Shown here one piece after another: positions 37,197-47,015 of a stretch of DNA of 49,158 nucleotides; position 1 is the first letter of the stretch, and each line of letters starts with the position of its first letter. The translations under genes and the position numbers were made by a program. A model generated the notes under the pieces. The model searched no databases, was not told where the DNA came from, and was given only the letters and a program-made list of their open reading frames with translations. The DNA comes from Candidatus Thorarchaeota archaeon. GTDB lineage: Archaea > Asgardarchaeota > Thorarchaeia > Thorarchaeales > Thorarchaeaceae. Location: assembly GCA_016839605.1 (NCBI GenBank), contig JAEOTX010000096.1, forward strand, positions 1 to 49,158, read 5' to 3'.

Positions 37197-38456
37197 ATGA
37201 AGATAAGTCTCTTTTACAATGGTAAGGATGAGCAGGTAGAGATTCCTGACTCGTGCAAGACTGAGGTCGTAGAACCAAGAGTCATTCAATTGGACAAGAC
37301 TGAAGACACGCTGATTAAAGAGGCTCTTGACTATCCGATTGATTCGCTTGCATTGAAAGATTTCCTCGAATCAAACGAATCTTTTCTTGTGATAATAAAT
37401 GACCATGCAAGGGCTACTCCTACGCCAAAGATTTTGAAACAGGTACTCCCATCTCTTCGAGGGAAACGATTTGGGGTGATAGTGGCGAGTGGAACTCATG
37501 CACTGCCATCTGAAGAAGATCTCCGCCAGCAGATCCTAGGCGAGTTTTATGATGAGTTGAGAGAGGACCTTATTTTCCATAAATCACAGATTAGCGAAGT
37601 AGTGAATCTGGGGAAAACAAGTAGAGGAACTCCAGTTGAGATTAATAAAGTCATAGAAGATTATGACGCATTCATTCCGATCAACTCTATAGAACCGCAT
37701 TACTTCGCAGGCTTTACGGGAGGAAGAAAGAGCTTTCTACCAGGAATCTCGAAGTATGACTCCATTGAAGACAATCACTCAATGGCCCTGCTTGACGAGG
37801 CCAAGATAATGGAACTGAAAGGGAATCCATTACATGAGGACTTGGAAGAGGCAGCAAGAATTGTAGTTAAGGACCATCCAACCTTTGCCATTAATGTCGT
37901 GCTTGATGGCGACCACAATATTGTGGGCGCATATGCGGGAGATGTCTTCAAACAGCTTTACATTGGAGCTGACCTTGCAAAGGAGATCTACTCACCAGTT
38001 GCTCAACAAATACCTGATGTACTCATTTCAGTAGTCCATGCACCTCTTGACCAGAATCTGTACCAGGCTCAGAAGGGATTCGAGAGCTGTCTACTAGCAG
38101 TTAAGCCTGGCGGCATCATGATCCTTGTTGCTTCATGCTATGATGGCATTGGACCTGATGATTATAGCCAAATGCTTCAGTCCGGAAGTTCACCAGAGAA
38201 TCTGCTTGCCAAGTTTGAAGAAATCAAGAAGAATTACCAGCTAGGTTGGCACAAGGTGGGTTCAATCCCCCCGTTTCTGATAGATAGGGACCTCTGGATG
38301 GTCACCGAATTGGACAACAATTCTCTAGATCGAATCTTCATCAGAGGATTCAGATCGATTCAAGAAGCAATCAACGCTGCGATTCAAAAACTAGGCTCTA
38401 ACATCAATTTCCTAGTTGTGAAAGATAGTGCTAATGTTTGTCCAATTCTGAAATAA
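37197..38456 (+). CDS. larA: Nickel-pincer lactate racemase family protein (LarA)
   Basis: NDHARATP, ASGTH, GKTSRGTPVEIN, EPHYFAGFTGGRKS, NLYQAQKG. Confidence 0.88.
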   Translation: MKISLFYNGKDEQVEIPDSCKTEVVEPRVIQLDKTEDTLIKEALDYPIDSLALKDFLESNESFLVIINDHARATPTPKILKQVLPSLRGKRFGVIVASGTHALPSEEDLRQQILGEFYDELREDLIFHKSQISEVVNLGKTSRGTPVEINKVIEDYDAFIPINSIEPHYFAGFTGGRKSFLPGISKYDSIEDNHSMALLDEAKIMELKGNPLHEDLEEAARIVVKDHPTFAINVVLDGDHNIVGAYAGDVFKQLYIGADLAKEIYSPVAQQIPDVLISVVHAPLDQNLYQAQKGFESCLLAVKPGGIMILVASCYDGIGPDDYSQMLQSGSSPENLLAKFEEIKKNYQLGWHKVGSIPPFLIDRDLWMVTELDNNSLDRIFIRGFRSIQEAINAAIQKLGSNINFLVVKDSANVCPILK

Positions 38457-38502
38457 ACAGATTAGTCGCATGAAGAGACCCAAATTATCTTCTCCACTAG
38501 AG

Positions 38503-40383
38503 CTATTCGATACTGAAGACAGATGGCTTGATGCAATCACCATACTCTGTTTGAGCTTGTATCAGACGTGATCTCTGATCATCTATCAGGTTGTAGAGTA
38601 TGTCAGGAGCATCAGAAACATAGTCCCTGTATTCCTTTTCGATTCTATCAAGCTTCGCCAGTAGCTCTGGAACACGAATCATGAACTGCTCCTCATATTG
38701 GTCCTGAGAATACTCCTTTTCGAGATGTTCTCTGAAGAGGTTCTGTAAGTCTTCGAATAGTGGAATAAAGCCAGTAGGTGTTTTTCTGGCTTTTGCATCC
38801 CCGTGAACTCTTAGATCCATCCACTGAAGCCAGACTCTCTTGTCTGCCTTATCAGTCAAGAATTGACCATTCTCATCACGCTGGAAGTAGTTTACGCTGA
38901 ATATCTTTGGAGCTTCGGTCAATGATGAGGCGAAATCCAAGTGATTCTGGATGTATTTGCCCAAAGGAATTGAGATGAAGTCCATGTTGGAAAATGCCTG
39001 AAATTTGCGAATTCCACTTGGACCCAATGTCGCAGCAGTGGACTCTGATTCCAGACTGGCACCCATTGTAATGACACCATGAGCCCAATCAAATGACTGC
39101 TGAACTGGCACCCATGTGTCAGCATCTCGGCCTCCATAGATCACCGCACCAACTTCTACGCCATTTGGGTCTTCTAGGGTCTTGTCCACATTGGGAAGTC
39201 CCTCTAGGCCAATCGTATATCTGGCATTCTTATGGGCCAGTGGAATATCCTCACCATTTGCGTCCTTCTTACCTTCGAACCAGTCACCCGAGAAGTTAAT
39301 TCCTCTATTTGGTGCATCCCGTCCATCTTCTAGCCAGTAAGGTATACCATCATAGCTAACCAGGACATTAGAGAATATGGCGGGTTCATGAGAATTGAGG
39401 ACTGCCCATATGACTGGATCTCCCTTTGAACTGACAGAACGAATAATGCCGAAGATACCACGCTCAGCATTGGCAGCTGTGGCGACTCCCTCGATGTTCT
39501 TGATGTACGCTAAATCATCACCAACTATTGTGCAGCCAGGGATCATGGAGGTACTCGTCTTTCCGCACCCTGATGGAAACGCACCAGTCATGTAAGTCTT
39601 CCTTTCATTGGGACCCTGAACAGACATCAGAAACATATGCTCTGCTAACCAGCCTTCCCGGTCAGCTTTTCGAATTGCCAGTCGCAGAGACAGCTTCTTG
39701 AGACCAATGGAATTGCCAGCATATTGTGTATTGAAACTATAGACTGTATTCTCTTTGTAGTCTATGGCGACACCTCTGTTCTGCCAATCAATACTCACAG
39801 AATGCATTAGCTTTCCAGAGCTGTGAAGCATCTGAAAGATCTCAGCATCCTCTGGTAGCCTCCGAAAGTAGTCATAACCACGCCTATACAAGAGGTCCTC
39901 GCTGTGCGCGACATAGAAGGAGTCAGTGATTTGAATAACTGGAATCGAGAATACAGAATCTCTAGGTCCAAGACAGAAGAAGCGAACGACCATCTTCTTG
40001 TTTTCCATGCTTCCTTTAAGTCGCTCTTGCACCTTTTCCAGACCCTTCTTCCTATCCATTTGGTTCAGCTGGTCTCCAAGGGTCTCACCCTCAGGAACTA
40101 GATAGGTAGTCTGCTCCTTGTCTCGTGCCTGATCATGCAATCCATCAAAGTGAACTGTGTGTGTTGGAATAGCGAGTGGAGTTTCTTCACCTCTAGCAAT
40201 AGCGGTCTTTCTGATGTACTCGACATCCATTCGACTATCATCGCAAATGAAGACCTTCATCGGGTCGCATAGCTCAATAGTATCTGCGATGAACTTGTGC
40301 ACACTCTTGTTTGGAATTGTCAGTAATTTGCGCAGATTTGCATCAGTTAGATGCGCCTCCAGTACGGACATGTATTCATTCAC
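38503..40383 (-). CDS. pckG: Phosphoenolpyruvate carboxykinase (GTP)
   Basis: QITDSFYV, YAGNSIGLKK, WLAEHM, GAFPSGCGKT, VGDD, HKNARY, YGGRD. Confidence 0.95.
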   Translation of the reverse strand: MNEYMSVLEAHLTDANLRKLLTIPNKSVHKFIADTIELCDPMKVFICDDSRMDVEYIRKTAIARGEETPLAIPTHTVHFDGLHDQARDKEQTTYLVPEGETLGDQLNQMDRKKGLEKVQERLKGSMENKKMVVRFFCLGPRDSVFSIPVIQITDSFYVAHSEDLLYRRGYDYFRRLPEDAEIFQMLHSSGKLMHSVSIDWQNRGVAIDYKENTVYSFNTQYAGNSIGLKKLSLRLAIRKADREGWLAEHMFLMSVQGPNERKTYMTGAFPSGCGKTSTSMIPGCTIVGDDLAYIKNIEGVATAANAERGIFGIIRSVSSKGDPVIWAVLNSHEPAIFSNVLVSYDGIPYWLEDGRDAPNRGINFSGDWFEGKKDANGEDIPLAHKNARYTIGLEGLPNVDKTLEDPNGVEVGAVIYGGRDADTWVPVQQSFDWAHGVITMGASLESESTAATLGPSGIRKFQAFSNMDFISIPLGKYIQNHLDFASSLTEAPKIFSVNYFQRDENGQFLTDKADKRVWLQWMDLRVHGDAKARKTPTGFIPLFEDLQNLFREHLEKEYSQDQYEEQFMIRVPELLAKLDRIEKEYRDYVSDAPDILYNLIDDQRSRLIQAQTEYGDCIKPSVFSIE

Positions 40384-40633
40384 GTAAGCACCTCAACTCA
40401 AACTAGAGTTCCCAACAAGCGCGCATGCTTTGATTGCATTATAACATCCGCGCCAGCGGCAATGTCGCGAATGGGTCACGGCTTTAACCCTTTCTACGGT
40501 GTTAGCTGAACAGGATTCGTGTCAGCACACCTTTGGGTAAGAAGGCAACACTCAAATGTCGGGTAGACGCGAAGGCTCAAAGTGCCCAGCTTAGTGGGAG
40601 AAATGACGTTTCAAAAATGTGGAGTGTGTTTCA

Positions 40634-42820
40634 ATGCTCAAGGAACTCAAGTATGATGTACCGAAGATTGAGAAGGGATACTCCGATCATACCCTATACA
40701 TCAATCTGGATGACAACACAATCAAGATCAAACCCGTTGGCAAAGAAATGAAGGAAACCTTCACAGGCGGAAAGGGCTATGATCTTTGGCTGATGTGGAG
40801 CGGACTTCCCAAGGACCGTGTAGTGAAATGGGATGATCCAGAGAATGAGATCTGCATTGCAAATGGTCCTCTAGGAGGAGTGACACAGTACCCCGGTGCA
40901 GGTAAATCAATCGTAACTAGCATATCGCCAATGACTGGTATTCCTATCGACAGCAACGTCGGCGGCTACTTCGGACCACATCTGAAATTCTCTGGGTTTG
41001 ATGCGTTGGAGATTCAAGGCAAAGCTAAGAACGACGTCTATGTGTTCATCGATGGTGATTCAGGCAAAATTGAGATTCATGATGGCTCAGACCTACCAGA
41101 TACAGCATACGAAATCACACGAGTCCTCACCGAGCGACACACCGCTAAGGAAGGAAAGGACATCTCTGTTGTGTCAGTGGGGCCAGGTGGAGATCACGCA
41201 TACATGAGCTGCTTAAACTTCTCGTGGTGGGACATGAGAAGGAATATTCCCCGATACAAGCAGGCTGGTCGTGGAGGCATCGGTGCAGTATTCAGGAACA
41301 AGAAGATCAAAGCACTCGTTGCTAAGATTGACAAGATAACCTTGGAAATGAACGGCCCCGCAGACATTGAAGGGGTGAAGAAGGTCGGTCGTGAACATTC
41401 GAAAGAGATTCTCGACCTTGATGCGAAGCAGAATAGGATGAGAACGATAGGGACTGGGCATTTGCCATCAATAATGGATGAGTTTGATCTCCTTCCCACC
41501 AGGAACTTTCGAGCTGGAAGTGATCCTGAGGCAAAGAACCTCTTTGGCGATGTCTGGGAGAACCTCTACACAGACCACTCCAAGGGATGGGATGGTTGCT
41601 GGAGACCCTGTGCTATCAATTGCTCACATTGTATCGAGGGGTTTATGCCTAAGACTGGACCCTTCAAAGGAAAGAAGGTAGTTGTGGATGGACCCGAATA
41701 TGAGACAATCGCGGGGTGTGGTTCAAACATCGGTATTTTCGAACCTCACTGGGTAGCTGAGCTAAACTTCTACTGTGATGCCTATGGTATCGATACCATC
41801 AGTTTTGGAACCACCATGGGCTTCGTGATGGAGCTCTTTGAGGAGGGCTACATCAACGAAAAGGCCACTGGCGGTCATGTGCTGAACTGGGGTGCATCAG
41901 AAGAAGCACTTGCAGTGCTGCATGAGATTGCTGAGGGGAAGGGGTTCGGTGGCGAGCACTTTGGCAAGGGTGTCGCATATCTCAAGAAACACTTCGCAGA
42001 TGAGTATGACATCGACCCCAAACACATGCAGGATATCGGTATGGAACACAAGGGTCTCGAATACTCGGAGTATGTGACGAAAGAGAGCCTAGCTCAACAG
42101 GGAGGCTATGGCCTCACACTCAAGGGACCTCAGCATGATGAGGCATGGCTCATATTCCTGGACATGGTCCATAACTACATGCCTACGTTTGAGGACAAAG
42201 CAGAAGCACTTCATTACTTTCCGATGTGGCGAACTTGGTTTGGGCTGAACGGGCTATGCAAGTTGCCATGGAACGATGTAGTGCCAGCAGATAACGCAGA
42301 CACTGATGAACCAGCAAAGGTTCCAGGACATGTGTCATTCTACGCGCGCTTCTTTTCAGCTATGACTGGAATAGAATCGAAGGGAGATGATCTTGTTCAT
42401 AGAAGCGAGAGAGTCTACAATTTCCAGCGAATCTTCAATATCCGGCAGGGGAAGGGTCTCAGGATAAATGACTCAAACCCGCCGTACAGGAGTGTTGGAC
42501 CTGTTACAAACTGGGAATACGAGAGTCGGCCAGAGAGATATGATACCTTCCTTCAGGAGAAGTGTGGTATCGACTGCTCCAACATGTCTACATCTGAAAA
42601 AGTTGCCAAATTGCGTGGTTACAGAGAAGAGCAGTACAAGCTGTTGGCTGATGCAGCGTACAAGCGCCGTGGTTGGACTCGCAATGGGGTACCAACTATG
42701 GAAAAGGTCAAGTCTCTCGATCTAGACTGGATTCCTGAAGTTGTTGATATTGTCAAAAAGCATGAAAGCACTGCACCTCCACCAGATACACTGCCTGAGA
42801 GTGATGATGCGTGGGCATAA
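40634..42820 (+). CDS. Aldehyde:ferredoxin oxidoreductase family (W/Mo-pterin)
   Basis: SPMTG...DSNVGG, LKFSGFDA, QAGRGGIGAV, GPEYET, CDAYGIDTIS, RRGWTRNGVP; ATG at 40634 (ORF track 40619). Confidence 0.92.
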   Translation: MLKELKYDVPKIEKGYSDHTLYINLDDNTIKIKPVGKEMKETFTGGKGYDLWLMWSGLPKDRVVKWDDPENEICIANGPLGGVTQYPGAGKSIVTSISPMTGIPIDSNVGGYFGPHLKFSGFDALEIQGKAKNDVYVFIDGDSGKIEIHDGSDLPDTAYEITRVLTERHTAKEGKDISVVSVGPGGDHAYMSCLNFSWWDMRRNIPRYKQAGRGGIGAVFRNKKIKALVAKIDKITLEMNGPADIEGVKKVGREHSKEILDLDAKQNRMRTIGTGHLPSIMDEFDLLPTRNFRAGSDPEAKNLFGDVWENLYTDHSKGWDGCWRPCAINCSHCIEGFMPKTGPFKGKKVVVDGPEYETIAGCGSNIGIFEPHWVAELNFYCDAYGIDTISFGTTMGFVMELFEEGYINEKATGGHVLNWGASEEALAVLHEIAEGKGFGGEHFGKGVAYLKKHFADEYDIDPKHMQDIGMEHKGLEYSEYVTKESLAQQGGYGLTLKGPQHDEAWLIFLDMVHNYMPTFEDKAEALHYFPMWRTWFGLNGLCKLPWNDVVPADNADTDEPAKVPGHVSFYARFFSAMTGIESKGDDLVHRSERVYNFQRIFNIRQGKGLRINDSNPPYRSVGPVTNWEYESRPERYDTFLQEKCGIDCSNMSTSEKVAKLRGYREEQYKLLADAAYKRRGWTRNGVPTMEKVKSLDLDWIPEVVDIVKKHESTAPPPDTLPESDDAWA

Positions 42821-42925
42821 CATCGCCAGAAAAAATACCTATACTACAATGAAAAGCCCATACTATTTATCGATGAATGTGAAGGGATAAGTAAGACAAA
42901 TGGAACCATGGTAGGTTAGGGATAT

Positions 42926-43561
42926 ATGCTAATGCAATTTGGTTACACATTTCCGCTCACAATGGTGGCGATGGGCCTTGGTCTTTTGATAATCTATCTC
43001 TGTTGTTCAGGCTGTACAGGATCGAAATCCAAGAAATTGAGTGAACCGGAGGACACTGAGGAGCCGTACACTCCTTCGAGGGAAAGAACGTGGACAACTG
43101 AAGAAGAAAGGCCAGATCCTCGACCACGAGCGGCAGAACCAAGCAGACCTCCATCAGTTGCTGCAACTACTACGGCGCCGACGATTGGAGACTTCAGGGC
43201 AGAAAGGATGGATCCAGTCCTCTTCGAGAAACTCCTAGACGATATGACAAGTAGTGCGTTTACTTTCGAAGTGGAAGGATGGACTACAATGGAACTGAAA
43301 GAGAGGATTGACCAAGTACTTCGAGACTCTGGATTCACGGTTGTAAGAAGTATTGTAGAGGATTCCACTGCAGAGAGAGTCGAAGTTAAGATTGGCGGGT
43401 GGACTAGACAGGTCAGTACAGACAAAGGACTTGGTGTGAGAATCACACTGAAGGGAGTGCCTAATAGAGATAGGGCATTCTGCCACATGACAGTTTCTGC
43501 GGAAGACAGGAGTTTGGTGCTCCCAACAATTAACAAGCTTAGGAAGAAGATAGTATCCTAA
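42926..43561 (+). CDS. Membrane-anchored hypothetical protein with a possible adaptin-appendage platform-like C-terminal domain
   Basis: N-terminal TM helix, Cys cluster, Pro/Glu/Thr linker, ~120-aa alpha/beta domain; TATA-like and SD-like sequence upstream. Confidence 0.6.
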   Translation: MLMQFGYTFPLTMVAMGLGLLIIYLCCSGCTGSKSKKLSEPEDTEEPYTPSRERTWTTEEERPDPRPRAAEPSRPPSVAATTTAPTIGDFRAERMDPVLFEKLLDDMTSSAFTFEVEGWTTMELKERIDQVLRDSGFTVVRSIVEDSTAERVEVKIGGWTRQVSTDKGLGVRITLKGVPNRDRAFCHMTVSAEDRSLVLPTINKLRKKIVS

Positions 43562-43590
43562 TCTAACTGCTTCCACAAAAAGGTGACAAC

Positions 43591-43637
43591 AAAAAAAGAA
43601 GAGTAAGGAAAGGGAGTATTCACTCACCTTTCCTTTT
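43591..43637. terminator. Hairpin between convergent genes, with A/T tracts on both sides
   Basis: AAGGAAAGG-GAGT-ATTC-ACTC-A-CCTTTCCTT, preceded by an A7 tract and ending in TTTT. Confidence 0.6.
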
Positions 43638-43644
43638 GAATCGG

Positions 43645-44466
43645 CTACTGTGACAACTTCTCTGCAATCCTACCCATGCCATAGATGTACAAGACAATCA
43701 ATAGGATAGCACCTAGGTTGCCTACTCCAATTATCGCCATATCTGCGAAGAAGTCTATTGATGTTGGGAACGATACTGCACCCCACGCATTAAGGAATAC
43801 ATAGGCAGTCACATTGTAAGTGATCCCCAGCAAGAAGACTAAGACCATTAGAATGTAGAATATCTTAGCCAAATCACCAAAGAACTTCCCAATCGTTTCT
43901 CCTGTGTATTTCTTAAAGAGTTTGAATAGACCATAACAGAATAGGACTATACCAAAGACAACTAACAAGCCACCACCCATGTATAGGAATGGAGGCATGA
44001 TATGATTGATGCTCGTTGTGCCAATGAAGTCGTCCAGAACCCAGTTGGCATAGAAGCCAGCTGCTAGAATGATGAAGAGCCCCTTCAGAATGTGAAAGAT
44101 GTTCTTAATCAAATCCCAGTTGCCCATCCGTGGTTCCAGGATTGGAGCCAAGAAGTACAGTAGACCCACCAAGAGGATCAAGACTGCTGCAGCTGCGTCT
44201 GCTGGTACAACGATTAGCCAAACTATTGCATTGACAATAATAGCAAGGCCGAATACAATCCATGCCATGTTTTCTTGGCCTATTGCATAGTAGAGGGGGA
44301 ACAATAGCCCCAATACAAGTGCAAAGTAGTAGACCCAAACCTCTGCACCCATTGTTGCTGCATATGACGATAGCGCTGTCCATGGCGTGTAAAGCAAGTA
44401 GAACAGTACTAACGCAACAGCAGAAAGGTACAGGATTATGGTTTTGAAGTTTATTTCTTCACTCAA
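43645..44466 (-). CDS. Hypothetical multi-pass membrane protein
   Basis: 273-aa ORF with about 8 hydrophobic segments; GAGGTG SD before TTG. Confidence 0.75.
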   Translation of the reverse strand: MSEEINFKTIILYLSAVALVLFYLLYTPWTALSSYAATMGAEVWVYYFALVLGLLFPLYYAIGQENMAWIVFGLAIIVNAIVWLIVVPADAAAAVLILLVGLLYFLAPILEPRMGNWDLIKNIFHILKGLFIILAAGFYANWVLDDFIGTTSINHIMPPFLYMGGGLLVVFGIVLFCYGLFKLFKKYTGETIGKFFGDLAKIFYILMVLVFLLGITYNVTAYVFLNAWGAVSFPTSIDFFADMAIIGVGNLGAILLIVLYIYGMGRIAEKLSQ

Positions 44467-44677
44467 AACTCACACCTCTATTGGCCCATAGGCCACTATA
44501 GTTAAGTCTCAACATGCACGGTAGCTTATATGGGTGGTGATATCATCGCCGAAAGTCGATACGACAAAAGCCGTATATTTCCCCTATTCTTCGATTAATC
44601 GTTACTTTTTTCCCCGATTGGCGCCAGATGCAACTTCTATTTGGGTCATATGATTAATAGGGGCTGTAAGGTCTAAA

Positions 44678-45598
44678 TTGACAATGCAGACAGGCACTGA
44701 AATCTACAATATCGGCATTTTGAGCGCATTGGCAGCAACCCTTCTCTTCGGCATCACAAATGTAGTCTACAAGAAGCTCGATAAAGAACTCAGTGCAATT
44801 GATATTACATTTACCAGGGTCTGGGTCAGTCTCTTACCTGCGTATTTCTTCGCTATACTTTCTGCAGGAACGTTCGAGTTTGAAGTACCTCCACAATCTA
44901 TGCTTCCGCTAGGGGTCTCAATGATCCTGGGAATTGTTGCGGGAGACACTGTATACTTTCTAAGTCAAGAACGAATAGGCGTAGCTAGAGCGTTCCCAAT
45001 AGCGATGAGTTATCCGCTATTGGTCTATCTGCTTGCGGCCCTATTCCTTGATGAGCCAGTCATAATTCAGAGGATTATTGGAGCAGTCTTCGTCGTGGTT
45101 GGCGTAGCAGCCATAGCTAGAACTGAAGCATCCCATGAAAATACTGAACAATCTATCGCAGATGATCAAAGAAAGCGGATAGGAGTGCTTTTGGCATTTC
45201 TCACAGTGTGTCTATGGGCTTTGAGCGATGTGATTTTCCAGTTTGGCCTTACATCAATAGGAGCTGCTGAAGCTAATTTCTTCAGGATGCTTGTTGCTTC
45301 GATAGTGTTGATTCCAATCTTCTTCATCACACATAGAGGGGGCAGGTCACTACCCAGCAGGCGTATCACTCTTCTAGCACTCTTGACTGGACTTTTCAGC
45401 ATAGCGCTAAGTCTAATCCTCTACAGTTATGCTGTGAAGTTTGTTGGTGCTACAATAACGGCAGTCATTGTCGCATCAGCGCCTATCTTCACGGCACCTC
45501 TGTCAGCCATCTATCTGAAAGAGGAGATGGGTGCAAAGGTGGTCGGCGGCACCTTGCTGACAATTATTGGAGTCATATTGGTGGTCATCCTTCTCTAA
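44678..45598 (+). CDS. EamA/DMT family transporter
   Basis: GDTVYFLSQERIGVARAFPIAMSYP; paralogous to 36216..37115. Confidence 0.88.
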   Translation: MTMQTGTEIYNIGILSALAATLLFGITNVVYKKLDKELSAIDITFTRVWVSLLPAYFFAILSAGTFEFEVPPQSMLPLGVSMILGIVAGDTVYFLSQERIGVARAFPIAMSYPLLVYLLAALFLDEPVIIQRIIGAVFVVVGVAAIARTEASHENTEQSIADDQRKRIGVLLAFLTVCLWALSDVIFQFGLTSIGAAEANFFRMLVASIVLIPIFFITHRGGRSLPSRRITLLALLTGLFSIALSLILYSYAVKFVGATITAVIVASAPIFTAPLSAIYLKEEMGAKVVGGTLLTIIGVILVVILL

Positions 45599-45770
45599 TC
45601 AGATATTCCGGATGTTTCCCCTTAGAAGGGGAATGAAGCGGCATCCTTCTTCTGCTGCTCAACATGCTCCATGATTTCCTTGAATGTGGAATGATGCTGT
45701 CAATGCACTTCAATACGCTAATAGTCATCTTTTAGAAGGAGAAAACAGGTGCTGTTGGAAGTTGGTTCTA

Positions 45771-46961
45771 ATGAACATCAGGCGCGCAACTGAAGACGAT
45801 TTTGATGCAATAGCTGAACTCGAACGGTATGTGTACAGTCTACCGCCGGACTACATAGAAATGAGCCGCGAACGATTTCCATACACCTTCCAGGACCACT
45901 TGTTGCTTGAGGACAAGGGAGTAGCCGTTGCATCTGCACGATTAATTCCACTTCAACAGAACATTAGGAGTCGCTGGAAGAAGATGGGAGCCTTGGCCAT
46001 GATTACAAGCTATCCGGAAACACGAAGGAGAGGTCATGTTCGACAACTCACCTCTTACATGTTTCAGATCATGCATGATGAAGGGTACGCTTCAAGTGTT
46101 CTCTATCCCTTCAAAGACACGTTCTACGGCGCATTTGGGTATGTGAACTGCCCTCCAAGAATGAGAGTAGTTGCAAATCCCTCTCACCTCAGCAGATGGA
46201 TGCTGCCGGAAGGATACATTGTGAAGAGAATGTCCATGCTAGATGCAGCTGATCATTACAAGATGCTGTTCAACGAGATCGGGGTTTCAACACATGGTGC
46301 AACTGCTAGAGGCGACAAGCGCTGGAATGAGTTGACTACAGGTTCAAGAATCAATGCAGCTGTTGTGTTTGGACCAAAAGGTGAAGCAGAGGGTGTAATG
46401 CTCTATCAACACAAAGGATATTCTGATTTTATGGGCGAGGCCAATGTTGGTTCTATGAATGTTAGGGAATGGTACTGGAAGAATCATTTAGCACGAAGTG
46501 CGTTGTTGAATTTCGTCTATCTTCATTCAGACCAAATAGTGAAAGCTTCTCTCCCTGCTAATCCATCAATTGATGATTACTATCAATGGATTGAAGGAAG
46601 AAACATTCTGGAACTCAAGACTGGACTGACCTATATGGCACGTTGCATAGATGTGCAGGTCGCTTTAGAGGGCTTGCCAACGAAGAGTGATGGTCAGCTC
46701 ACCTTTCGAGTCAAGGATCCACAGTGCGAATGTAACAATCAGACGTATTGGATAGATGCTAGCGGTGGAAGTATGAAAGTAGAACCAATCGGCGATGCAG
46801 ACACAGAGATTGCTCTGACAATAAAGGGGGTATCAGCACTTCTCTATGGGACAATGAGTGCTGACGATTTAATTCCATATGATTGGATTTCAGGACCAGT
46901 CCCGAAGTTACTCAATGAATGGTTCCCAAAGAAATACACTTGGATGTATGAAGATTTCTGA
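45771..46961 (+). CDS. Eis-family GNAT acetyltransferase
   Basis: MNIRRATEDD start, PETRRRGHV, SVLYPF, FYGAFGY, C-terminal SCP2-like domain, ends in EDF. Confidence 0.87.
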   Translation: MNIRRATEDDFDAIAELERYVYSLPPDYIEMSRERFPYTFQDHLLLEDKGVAVASARLIPLQQNIRSRWKKMGALAMITSYPETRRRGHVRQLTSYMFQIMHDEGYASSVLYPFKDTFYGAFGYVNCPPRMRVVANPSHLSRWMLPEGYIVKRMSMLDAADHYKMLFNEIGVSTHGATARGDKRWNELTTGSRINAAVVFGPKGEAEGVMLYQHKGYSDFMGEANVGSMNVREWYWKNHLARSALLNFVYLHSDQIVKASLPANPSIDDYYQWIEGRNILELKTGLTYMARCIDVQVALEGLPTKSDGQLTFRVKDPQCECNNQTYWIDASGGSMKVEPIGDADTEIALTIKGVSALLYGTMSADDLIPYDWISGPVPKLLNEWFPKKYTWMYEDF

Positions 46962-47015
46962 CGATTCATGAAAAGACTTGCGGAATCATTGAGATTCCGC
47001 AGTCCTCTCCAAGGG

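Noticed and set aside
42994-43627. Minus-strand ORFs 42994..43536 and 43235..43627
   Set aside because: Antisense to the better-supported 42926..43561 gene; Ser/Leu-rich shadow composition
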